From Lama glama (Eukaryota), in contig CM052829.1 of the NCBI GenBank assembly GCA_028534125.1, positions 29,140,001 through 29,204,000 on the forward strand: a DNA stretch of 64,000 nt, given 5' to 3'. The notes below the pieces were generated by a model, which was given only the letters and a program-made list of their open reading frames with translations, had not been told where the DNA came from and did no database searches. The translations under genes and the position numbers were made by a program. Shown piece after piece: positions 36,930 to 48,047 of the stretch (position 1 is its first letter; the number at the start of each line of letters is the position of its first letter).

Positions 36930-37120
36930 GTTAAAGAACCTCTAGTGCCTGGATTCAGATCCTGACTCTGATACTTTCTTGCTCTGTAACTCTGAGCCAT
37001 TTTTATTTTTTCTACTGTGAAGTCCTTTCATTAATGTATCCCTTTTACATATTAATAAAGCTTTTTTCATCTGTGAAATCATTTCTATGGCTGTTTGGCA
37101 TGTAATCAACCATTAGCTCC
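36930..37120 (+). mobile_element. MIR fragment
   Basis: gttaaagaac…tgcctggattcagatcctgactctgatactttcttgctctgtaact. Confidence 0.6.
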
Positions 37121-37828
37121 ATAATGAGGGATGAAGTCACATATGTACTGTCAGGACTGCCCAGGTCTCAGAGGCTTATTTTTGGATTTCAACTTGTGCC
37201 TGAGACCTGAAAATTAGGTATAGAGACTTGGGTTGCTCACGCCTGTCTTCTGGGTCCCCTCCCAAATGGATATGTGCTTGTGTGTATTTGAGGCAGTGGA
37301 TTGCTGTCCTGTTTTCTTTTCTCATCTCTACTTCCCTCATTCACACAACTACTCTTAATTTTATTTTACTTATAGAAGGAGTACCCATAGTAGAAGATGA
37401 TAAACAAACACCTAAGTGAATTAATGTATTTGTGTTCAAACATACTATGTATATAAATAATTGCATGCATATATGCATGTATATGCTGGGTCACAATGTA
37501 AAATACATTTCCCTTTATGGTCTTAAAAGCTTGAAGCCCAGACTAGAGGACCTTGAAAATGTCTTCAGTTTTCTCATATTCTCACTTCCTGATTTAGACC
37601 TCCGTCCAACCAATCTGATTTAGTTTTGGGCATATTACTGTCATTCAGATCCCATTTTCAGTTACGTTTCCTGGCTCCAGCCTACTGCTACATGTCTTGA
37701 TATATGGGAAAGAAAGTCAAGGCATATGGAGGTAATGGAGAAATCAAAGACTCTTGGTTGCAAGCTTTTAACCAGACTGTGTACTGCTTGTAGTTCTCAA
37801 GAATACTTAAGATCAGAGTGATCTAATG

Positions 37829-38036
37829 GGTTGATGAACCCACAGGCCAAATCCAGCCCGCCACCTGTTTTGGTAAATAAAAGTTTTGAGCACAGCCGCG
37901 CCCATTTGTTAGATATTCTCTGTGGCTGCCTTTTTGCTACCATGACAGTTATGTAGTTGCAACAGAGTTGGTAGGGCCTGCAAAACCTAAAATATTTATT
38001 AGTTGGCTTTTTATAGGTTAAATTTGCTGACCCCTG
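37829..38036 (+). mobile_element. MER58A (hAT-Charlie) DNA transposon
   Basis: ggccaaatccagcccgccacctgttttggtaaataaaagtttt…cacagccgcgcccatt…cctaaaatatttatt…tttgctgacccctg. 8-bp TSD-like atctaatg (37821-37828) / atctaaag (38037-38044). Confidence 0.92.
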
Positions 38037-38294
38037 ATCTAAAGGAAGGTATTTTCTTACTGAAAGCATAACTGGTAAGTGTTAAGGGAAAACTGGTTAT
38101 TGTAATATGGTAATACTGTCTTTATGGGAACTCTCTCTAGTCTTTCTGGATAAACTATATGAAAACCATAAGTTTCTTTCTTAGACTTCTGCTGTTAAAT
38201 ATGTGCTTAGGTTTGCATCTATAGAGCATATATACAGAATACGCTGTTAAGACTGGTGCATGAAATAATAAGGGTAGTGTTAAAAAAAAGACTT

Positions 38295-38400
38295 CGGAGT
38301 GTTAGAGGCTTTACGTGCATTATCATTAATCCTCATACAACTGTATTGTGGCTGTTGTTATCTACATTTATTGGGAAGGAGATTGACTCACAAAGAAACA
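38295..38400 (-). mobile_element. MIR fragment
   Basis: gctttacgtgcattatcattaatcctcatacaac…gagattgactcaca. Confidence 0.6.
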
Positions 38401-40959
38401 AAATAGTAAAGCTGTGTATGTACTTTGCCATCTCTCCATGCTTCATCTGGAAACGCTGTCTCTTTCTTCCACCACATAGGTGGTATTCTGGGCCAGTTCC
38501 TTAAAATTCCTTAAGGCTTATTAATTGAAGTTGAGGAGATTTTAATATTGCTTCTCTGCAAAGATGGAGGGGAGTGAATTTGGGCTTATTTTTCCATTCT
38601 GGTTAATTTAGTCTTATTAAAGGAAGATTATTCAGTCAGTTGGAGTATAGCATTTGCTTCAAATCATAGACAATTTGAATAAAGGTCTTACCGGCTAAAT
38701 AATCTTGGATTATATATATTAAACATAGATTCTTGGCTAGAGATGGAACTCTAGAGATGAACAATTAGATAATTTATGGGTGTGTTTGAAATGAGCTCTT
38801 CTCTCATCATTAAGAGTCATTTATATCTATCAATAAATGATGGGTTTGGATTTCCATAAATGTCTTTCGACTTCCTTTTCCTTTATGAAGGAGCTAGGCT
38901 AAAATAATATTTTCTTCTACTAATTAACTACTAGCAGGGCAAAAAAAATTTTTTTTTACTGGATCTGAAGTTATCATCTTTTAAAGAACTCTTACTCATT
39001 AATTTTCTCATTTTTCTTCAATAGATCTTCTTTGGTATAGAACCAGAGTGATATATTATGACCAGTGACTCATACTCTTGTCCTCAAAGGCATTTGTCCT
39101 TTGTGTCTACTTGGATTTTCTTTTTTTTTCCTGTTTGAATTTTAGTGTTTAAATTGAAAAGAAGCATTGCTTATCCTTAGACTGGAGGTAAGCTATCTAA
39201 ATGTGGATTATGATACATCAATTTTTATTTTGTATCTTCAATATTCCCAGAAGTTGAAAGGAAAAAAAAACTATTAAGATATCCCAGTAGATTTCAGAGG
39301 AAATATGAACTTTATTAAAAAGCATCAATTTTTACACTTTTTCCAATAATCTTTTTCTGGAAATAGACTATATTGATTCATTATAAATGGAATTACATTT
39401 AAGATATTCAGTAATAAGTTATTTTTCTCTTCTTTTGATTTTTTTTTTTTTTTTGGTGAAATGTGTTTATTGGCTTCTTTGCAATGAGTTTTGGGGCTTA
39501 CACCAGTAAACTTATGTTATAGTTCTGATTAGCATAGATAAAGATGATCTATTCAAAGTTAGCTTAATTCAGTATTGCATGTGTCCTAATGTGATGTATA
39601 TTAATCTTTCTTTGTGTTCTTAATGGAAGAAAGATAATTTCAAAGTTGATCACCTTTGTGAGCAAATTTGTGTGTCACAGTTTAATTCGCAATTGGGAAA
39701 GATTAATTTATCCATTTTTGAGGGTCATAGGACAACAGTGTTAAGGATATTACATTTTGCAATATATTTTTCTTAGGAGTTTCCTCTTACTTTTCAAAAG
39801 GATGTATATTCCAATCGATTTAGAAAAATCAAAACGAAAATGGTCTGTATCTTTAGCTAAACAAAGCTTGCTCTTTACAATTTGTAAAAAACCTTAAAAG
39901 ATAATTCTGCATGTTTCTTGCTATTTTACTCAGTCAGAGAATTAAGACTGCATAGGTGGGGAGAATGTGGAAGATCCTTGGATAGTATCTTTTCAAAGAC
40001 TGTCCTCCATAAAATGTTCAGAGTTGTCCAGGGCTCTACTTACTTTTTTTTCCTTCAGTTCAACTTTGTCCTAAATTAACCCAACCCTGCGTTTTATTGA
40101 AAAGTTTGACGTCAGAAAGGATTTAAGTCTAGTATTGATTCTTTTTATGGTTCCACAGAAAGGATCTCTATTACCACGTTCTCGCAGAGAGCTACCACCA
40201 ACTGTTTTAAATAAACACTCAGGAATCTAACTGCTAGATATTTAGGCAATATGGTTCTGGGGCTAGGAATACTTTTAGTTTTTGTACCTGATGTTTCTTA
40301 GTACCAGTCCTTTCAGTGAGCTGCTTAGAAATGGAAAGAAATTCAGGCAAGTCCAAGTTAGCTTGATTTTTATTTTCAGGTGAACAGCTTGCAGAGCCCT
40401 ATAGATGGGTTGCCGCAGAGGAGGCAGACCTTTGCAGCGATAGATCTGTCCCTTAGCTGATTGATTGGCAGAGAGGAATTAGTGATTTGTGAAATGGCTC
40501 TTCAGAAGTAATTTTCCTCCAAGGGTCGAGGAACTTGCTGTTGCCATTTCCTCTGAAATGATTTTCCCGCTGCTCCACGTAGTCTTATCACCAGTAGCAA
40601 ATACAAAAACTGAAAATGTAGTGTTTCCTTGTTCATTTTTCATCCCCTCTGCCTAAGTAAATTTCCTGAATATCATTTCAGTATTGTCTCCTTTTGTCTA
40701 GCTCAGTGAAACTTTAAACTCACGAGTTATGTTTTTATTTATGAATTAGAACCTTGCTTAGATAATTTCTCTTTCAAATACATTATAAAGATGTCTTGAA
40801 CAGAGAAACATGTGTATAGAGGACTATGTATTAAAGGAGATATTGTTTTTAGGGCTTTCTAGTGAGCCTTAAGTGGTAAGCTGGGATTAGGTAAAATGGA
40901 ATTAGCCCAAGTTGTATTACATGCTGTCTGTTGAACGGTTGAGCCAAATTACTTACATT

Positions 40960-41020
40960 TTTCCCCATTCCTCTTTAAACTCTACATAGCTGCCAGAATT
41001 GTTGTTATTTTTGTGTTTGC

Positions 41021-41068
<48 letters not shown>

Positions 41069-41560
41069 AGCTTAAATGGTGTTATACTCCTGTATAAAAT
41101 CCTTTAATGGCTTCATATAATTTTAGAATAAAATCTAAATGTTACACGGTATCTAAAAATCTTTCAAACTTAGTTTTTTTTGTTCTCTACATACTTTTAA
41201 TGCTCATTACACAGAATTGTTTGAGATTATTTGAGATTCTCTAACATCTCATATTTCTTTAGATCTATATGCCCTTGCTTTTGCTTTTTCTCTGATTTCA
41301 ATTCTATTTCCATTCTAGCTTGGCATATCCTTGCTTGTCTTTACAGGCCTGTCTCCATGAAGCTACCTAACCAACTCAGGTGTAGGTAGCAAATTCATTT
41401 GTCGTTTGTGTTCTTTGTGACTTTGGTCATTCTGGTATTACCCCTTGTAACACACTGTATTATATACACTCCCTTACTCATGTCTGCTTATACCATCCAT
41501 CAGGCCAGGAGTAAGCAGTACTTTTTGTATTTCTTATTAACTAGTACAACACTGTATTAG
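40960..41560 (+). mobile_element. L2 3' region containing a (TTA)14 repeat
   Basis: tctacatagctgccaga…ctcctgtataaaatcctttaatggcttc…tagaataaaatctaaa…ctccatgaagc…cacactgtatt. Confidence 0.65.
41023..41064. repeat. (TTA)14 microsatellite
   Basis: Direct read, perfect. Confidence 0.95.
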
Positions 41561-43468
41561 ACCTTAACCTTGGAATACAAAATTCTTTACAAAAAGATTC
41601 ATAAACACCTTTTACCAAAGATTTATTCATATGCTATATATGTGGTAGATGGATACATTGTACCTCTTAGATTACAACTGATTGGTAATTATAAAATAAA
41701 AAAGTCCTCTTTTACAGTTTTTCTTATCACTCAAGTCAGATGGACCAGGAACTTTTCCTAAGACCCCTGACTGATATGGCAATGATGTGCAACAAATAAC
41801 AGGGGTTGACCCACTTATTTTGTAGAGCTCCACCTAGTTGTTATTGCTAATAAGAATCCTGGAGGCTAAAATTAACAATGGCTATGAAGGACAGCTATTA
41901 AGGCCATTTGTCTTCCAAATGAGCCATTGTAGGTTCCACTGGTAGTTTAAATTTATATACGGAGGTCACTCACACTATTATGAAGGTCAGTAGAGGCCCT
42001 GAAGGTATGTGTTGCAGAGCATTAAGTCATTTTAGGGTTGTGATGGCAAATTACATTTTGAGAAAAACGTTCCCCTTGCTATGCAAAGACTTATTTCCTA
42101 GCAACCTCTTTTCATTGATTAATTTTTAATTAAAAAGCACATCATTTTTCATGAGAACATTTATATAAAAGCTATTTTAGACATATTTAAAAGGCAGTAT
42201 TAGACTTTCAAGCTGATGAAGATGGTTATTTTAAAGAACTGATGTGGTCGTAGCGTGATTCAAGTTCACCTGTATACATATTCTGTTTTTGAAAAAGGTT
42301 GTTTGGACATTTCTGATATTGCCTTCCTCACCTGTGATGCTGACTTGTCTCTGCCATTGGTGAGGAATATAACTTTTATTCAAATTCAGATTGACAAACT
42401 TTTGGTGAGGAAAATGAATTCTTTGTTTACAGAGAAGAATTTATAGGCCTGAAGTTTACCACCCCCCAGCCTGTTGTGTGGTCAAAGAATTCACTGAGTT
42501 TCTTCAAAAAGATCCCCATGGAAACTAAGCAAATAAGCTACTTGAAAGGAGAAAAGTTATTGGTTTTTCTCATTAAACCCACTGCTGGATTTTCATTAGT
42601 TCTAATCCATTTTCTTTCAAGATTAGACATATAGGCCAGTTCTTATTTTCATGAATTGAATAAACTAAATACGTTGAGTTGTGTGTGCCTGGATAGGTAG
42701 GCTGAGAAGCAAAAGTAATTATTCTACTTCTGGCGTTAAAATTATCCCAGAAAATAAAGCCAGGAAAAATGACTGATGTAAAGGGGAAAGGTTACTGCAT
42801 TTAAAAAAAAAAAGAGGTTATTAAATAAAGTGGAAATGGTGAGAATGATTGTAGGCTAATCTGACTGGTTTTATGCTTCAGTTTTTTTCCCACTTTAAAG
42901 TCATAATTGTGTATGAAAGTAATCTAAATAAAATATGGAAGTGTGTTTTACTGACCTCAAACACTTTAGGCCTAATGAAGCTTTAAGTATTTCATTTGCT
43001 GTTATAAATAGATTGCAAAGTGTTCTTCAAAAGCAAGGAATTTGGTAAAACTTATATATTAACTTCACCTTTCTGAACTTGCATTATAAAGAAAGACAAT
43101 TTTCGCTCTTTTCCTTCCTCCCCTCTTCCCACTAAAGTTGTTAACAATCATTTAGATTCCAGGTGGTTTGTATATTTCTGGAAAGCCTCACTATTACATA
43201 TGTCTTCTAATATTTTTCGTATTTAGAAATATCTGCCTCAGCCTTACTTCTGAGGCTTGAACCAGTCTCTTATTCAAACAAGATACTGGTAGAAATTTCA
43301 TTTTATGTGAACATTTAATAAAAATAGTGATAAATAGGAGTACCATTTATTATCAGATTATGAGTTCCACATTACATATTTCAATTTAATCCTTTCTTGT
43401 CCAGTGCATTCTTCATTTTTAGTAAATCCGTTTAGAATGTAACAGAGGTCCTTCCTTTCCCCTTTCAG

Positions 43469-43591
43469 GTGGCTGTACTTTTGATGATGGTCCAGGGGCC
43501 TGTGATTACCACCAGGATCTATATGATGACTTTGAATGGGTACATGTTAGTGCTCAAGAACCTCATTATCTGCCACCCGAGATGCCTCAAG
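43469..43591 (+). CDS. PTPRK: PTPRK exon 2 (N-terminal part of MAM domain of receptor-type tyrosine-protein phosphatase kappa); internal phase 1-1 exon, 123 bp
   Basis: Polypyrimidine tract cttcctttcccctttcag|GT at 43468/43469 and donor CAAG|gtaaga at 43591/43592. Reading from 43471 gives GCTFDDGPGACDYHQDLYDDFEWVHVSAQEPHYLPPEMPQ, matching the remembered PTPRK sequence that follows the signal peptide (…QFSAGGCTFDDGPGACDYHQDLYDDFEWVHVSAQEPHYLPPEMPQGSY…). Confidence 0.97.
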
Positions 43592-43843
43592 GTAAGAATC
43601 ATTCCATTTACCCAGTGTTGGAAAAATCCCTTTGGAATATGTAGCATTTTCTTATGTTAGGTATAATACCATAATTTAATTCTTATGGTAAACTAGTGTG
43701 GTCAGACTACTTGACCACATCACAGACTCTCAATATATTCTTTGTTTTTCCCTCAATAACTGTATATAATCCTGTGTTCCTCAAGGATGTTCACTATATC
43801 TTCATGATCTCTGACTTAGGAAAAGTATATGTTAGTGTTTTTG

Positions 43844-43856
43844 CCCCCCCCCCCCC
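43844..43856. repeat. C13 homopolymer
   Basis: Direct read. Confidence 0.9.
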
Positions 43857-44039
43857 GTTTAATAAAAAAGCAAAATGGAAATGAAACCAAGAAATAACAA
43901 AATAAAATGAAGAACGAACAAAATACTTTCAAAACAGTCTAAAAAGTACGATCAGCTCACTTACGACCTATTCTATTAAATCATAGGATTTGATCTAATC
44001 AGACTGAAGGGAAACATTTTTATTTCATGGTAGAGAGAG

Positions 44040-44285
44040 AGCTTATCTCATCCCACTGGTCGTGAGCAATGCCAGTGGTTCTGAGAAGAGGCAGCCTGGA
44101 GAGCAAACCATCAAGTGGAGAAGGTCTTTTATGAGTGGACCATAGGAAAATAAGGCTGAGCCCTGCTTTTTCAGCTTGGCCTTGTTACACCCTTTGAATT
44201 TTGGTTTTGTGAAATAATACATTTTTCTTATTGTTTAAGCCAGTTTGAATCGTGTTTTCTTTTAACTAGCATCGGATATTAATAC
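44040..44285 (+). mobile_element. MLT1 (MaLR) LTR 3' fragment
   Basis: gtgaaataatacatttttcttattgtttaagccagtttgaatcgtgttttct is the MLT1 3'-terminal motif. Confidence 0.65.
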
Positions 44286-45989
44286 ATATATACCATGTTA
44301 TAGACATGTAGACTAATATTTGTGCCTTTGATTCTACATATTAGTTTGGAATTAATTCTAAGCTCTATGCATATATGTTTAACTTACTAAATTTTAGAAG
44401 TTGAAAATGCAAATAGAAATTTAAAAGTACTAAAGACAATGAATTATTTTTCTAATATTTAAAAATAAATAAATATGTTACATAATTATATATAATCATA
44501 TAATACACAATATAACAATATATACTGTATAATACTATAGAATAATACAGAATCATTTTATTATAGTATATAATCATATGTAATTGATGGGCTGATTGCC
44601 TATTACTGGTAACTTAAGTTATAAAATTTTAATTATTATTTTAAAATACTTCATAACTTATTTTTCTGAATTTTCTAAATTCTTTGAAAAGTTTTTTGTT
44701 GGTCCACCCTGTGGTATGCTATTTGAGAGTAGGGAGAATTAAATTTGCCTTCTGCTCTAAATTGTCACTCTGTGGCTGAGTAGGCAAATGGATACTTCTG
44801 AAGCTGAATTGAGCCATAATTTCCTTGCCAGAGGAATGAATTGGTACTTGGTGGATGATACCCTTAGATTCTTATGTTTGACTCTTATGGTGCCAGCAGA
44901 CTTATTTAGTTGTGTACATAGGTTTGTATTTTTCTTTTAAAAGTACAAAACCTTATTTTCCTGGTACATTTGAAGTAAGGAAACTCCTTTAATATTTCAC
45001 CTGAGTTTTCTCTGTGGTATATTTAGACTGAATTTTTTAAATATAAAATTAAAAGATGTTGGCTGGGATGCACATATTTTGACTGCTTATCATCAGAGAA
45101 TAATCAGAAAGATGTTGATTTATGGAAATGTTACCATTGTTAATTACCACTGAAGCTGAGTAATGAATAGCTGAAGAGATACTGCTCAGATGACCTTGTT
45201 GGTTCACCTTTGATGAACAGCTTAATCGGTGGTTACAGTACAGGATGATGTGCACAGAAGATGAAAGTGTTTGAAATTCACCCACATCTTCCAATTAATA
45301 GGACATTAAGTAATTAATCATGCAGAGGAGGGAAAAAGGTCATGGCCACTTTATTTTTTACCAAATGTAAGTTGTGTTTGGTTTTCAGAGAAGGTGAATG
45401 AAAGCATTCATGTATATATTCTTCTTTCACTGTTCTTTTTTTTTTTTTTACAATCTACACTATTTTTTCCCATTTTCCTTCTGATATTCCTTTAAAATGC
45501 TCACTGAACATTATCTGTTCATAAATTGGAAAAAAGGAGACATTTAGATACATCCTATTAAAATTTTATGAATGATTCATTTATTTTTAAATAAATGGTC
45601 AGGCATGCTTACCTTTTTCATATTTAAAAAAAAAAAAAGCTCAAACTTCTGGCAACCCCAAAGTAAAAAGGCTGGGTCTCTGATGCACACCTGTTATTCA
45701 ACTATTGAACTCTCTGTATAGTACTTGGACATTGTTAATTGGCTTCTGTGTATTGATCTTTTTGGACTGGAAACATAGAAGGGAGGAATAAAGACAGAGT
45801 GAATAAATAAATGAAATTAAGAAAAGAATGAAGATGGGTAGAAAAGAAGGAAATTATCTCACCTCATTTGAAGACATAATGCTATCAATAATTGCTTAAT
45901 GTTCTTCAGCAAAACTACCTTTGTCAGGTGACAGTGATGGTGGCTGAAAGGCCTACTACATACATTTAAAATAGCATTCAAAAGAATGA

Positions 45990-46745
45990 GTGTATTCTAA
46001 CAGCCAAACATCATTTGAAAATGTGAGCACCTGCTCAACTCAGTGATTAAGGGAATGCAAATTAAGACCATAATGAGACACTATTATACACTTAGCAGAA
46101 TGTTGGTGAGAGGCTGGAACAAGTGAAACTCTCATATACTGTGCTACGATTGGGTATAAATCTGTACAGATGCTTTGTACAATTAACTACTGAACAGATC
46201 TGTTTCTGGGTATAATCCCAGAAGAACTGAGTACACATGTTCTCCAAATGACATGTACTAGAGTGTTTAAAGCATTAATATCCATAAGAGTCCCAAACGG
46301 AAAATAGTCCAAATGTCTGCAATAGTGCAATGAGTTAAATAAGTGGTGATACATTCATATAGTGGAATGTAACACTGCCTTATAAACGAATAAATTGTTG
46401 CTATATATGGTGTGGATGAATTTCACACACATAATCTTGAAGGAAAGAAATTAGACACAAAAGGGTATGTACTGTATTTCATTTATATAAACTTCAAAAA
46501 CAGGCAAAACAAATTAATAATGTTATAAGTCAGGGTATTATTTCTCTGCAGGAGGGGATAGCAGGGGTGGGGGATGTTAGTGCTTGGAAGGTGGCATGAA
46601 GAGGACTTCTGGATACTGGTAATACAGTCTTTGTTGAGCTGGATGATGTTTTCCCAGGTATATTTAAACTGAAAAACATTGAGCTGTACAGTGATGAGTT
46701 GTGTACTGTTTTCTGTGTACCTTATATGTTAATAGAAAATGGCAA
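45990..46745 (+). mobile_element. Old L1 (L1ME-type) ORF2 end and 3' UTR
   Basis: gggaatgcaaattaagaccataatgagacac…gttggtgag…ccaaatgtc…tggatgaatttcacacacataat…tcaaaaacaggcaaaac…gacttctggatactggtaat. Confidence 0.9.
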
Positions 46746-46869
46746 AAAATAGAGTAAATAAAACCAGTGCTCACAAGGATGCTTCGGGGGAACTAAACTA
46801 AAAATTAAAACATATTATAGATCAGAATGAAAGATACAACATAGGAGACCTCAGATGGACTCAAACTCC

Positions 46870-47230
46870 TTTTTTTCTCACCAACCTGGACCCCTCTCCC
46901 ACATTCAAAGACAATATGCTCTTTGACAACTCTGAGTCTTCCCTCTGTTTAGAAAATTTTCTGTTCACTTATCCACTCACCAAACTCCTACCCATTCTTA
47001 CTATGTCTACTTAAGTTCCATCTGCTTTGGGAAGATTTTCCTGGCTGGCTTGAAACTTTTATATAATACTTCTATCTTCACATTCAAACGCTACCCACTG
47101 TACTTAGTATGTATTTCAATTGCAGGCTATTATAGTGATTTTTAAAATATATCCTTCTCTCCACTAAACTATAATGTCCTTGTGAACATAAATCGTATTT
47201 TTCATCTTTGATTTCCCAAGACACCATTTC
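46870..47230 (+). mobile_element. L2 3' fragment
   Basis: aaactcctacccattctt…gggaagattttcctg…ctccactaaactataatgtccttg…ttcatctttgatttccca. Confidence 0.6.
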
Positions 47231-47982
47231 ATTTTACTTAGGGAAAATGTCAATTTAAATAATGTGGTTTAAAATATTTTGGTCAAGGGTTAAACAAAAA
47301 AGGTCTTTCCTTCTCTTGCTAAAAGATTAATTGAATTAAAAAAACCTATTTCCCAAGCATTATATTTAGTTCAGATTTTAATATAATTAGAAGACCTTCA
47401 TGTACTTACTAATATTTAGCTTTTGCCTTTATAAATGATTTCACCTATTTCTTTTGGATATGATTTTAAATGTTATTAATACAACCAAGAAGAAACTCCC
47501 TTTTAAGATCTTTCTCTGTCTCTTTTGTCTTTTGCTTATCAAATTAATCCCAGTCTTCTACTTCTGAAAAGTCTGGTCTATAAAAATCAAATCTAGAGAG
47601 AATGGGACATGTTACAGTGAACTAGAAATTGTTCTTGGATCTCAAATACATCTGTGTCCATGAGCTTGTTTGTCAGATATTCCTTTATACTTATAACATC
47701 ATGAAACAAATTCCCTGGACTGTTTTACCACGTGTTCTGTCCTAGCTCTGAGCATAGGGATCATGGCTGACATCTCAGTACATTTATCTTCAACTGTAAT
47801 TATAACTGCTTTTTCTTTTTAACAGGTTTTTATAAAATGACTAATTGAATTTTAATTTAGAGTCTCTAGAGTACTCATTTGACAGTTTAAAATTACACTA
47901 CATTGTATCCCACTTTCAATCTGGTACTTTTCACTGACAATACTGTAAATCACTATACAGAGTTCCTTCTGTACAATGCACT

Positions 47983-48047
47983 CTTCCTTCCTTCCTTCTT
48001 TCCTTCTTTCCTTCCTTCCTTCCTTCCTTCCTGCCTTCCTTTCTTTC
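47983..48047. repeat. (CCTT)n imperfect microsatellite
   Basis: Direct read. Confidence 0.92.

Larger units (their letters stand above)
1..43468 (+). other. PTPRK: PTPRK intron 1 (3' portion)
   Basis: No signal-peptide exon or CpG island upstream within the window. PTPRK is known to have a very long first intron. Ends at the exon 2 acceptor. Confidence 0.88.

Noticed and set aside
1-43468. Link to human PTPRK(exon 1)-RSPO3 fusion breakpoints in intron 1
   Set aside because: Known human cancer context, but nothing in this non-human sequence indicates a rearrangement.
43469-43660. ORF-track 63-aa ORF (MAVLLMMVQG…) overlapping exon 2
   Set aside because: It is the wrong frame of the PTPRK exon, begins with GTG at the acceptor and runs into the intron. 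Its ATGs come from codon junctions such as GAT-GAT in the true frame.
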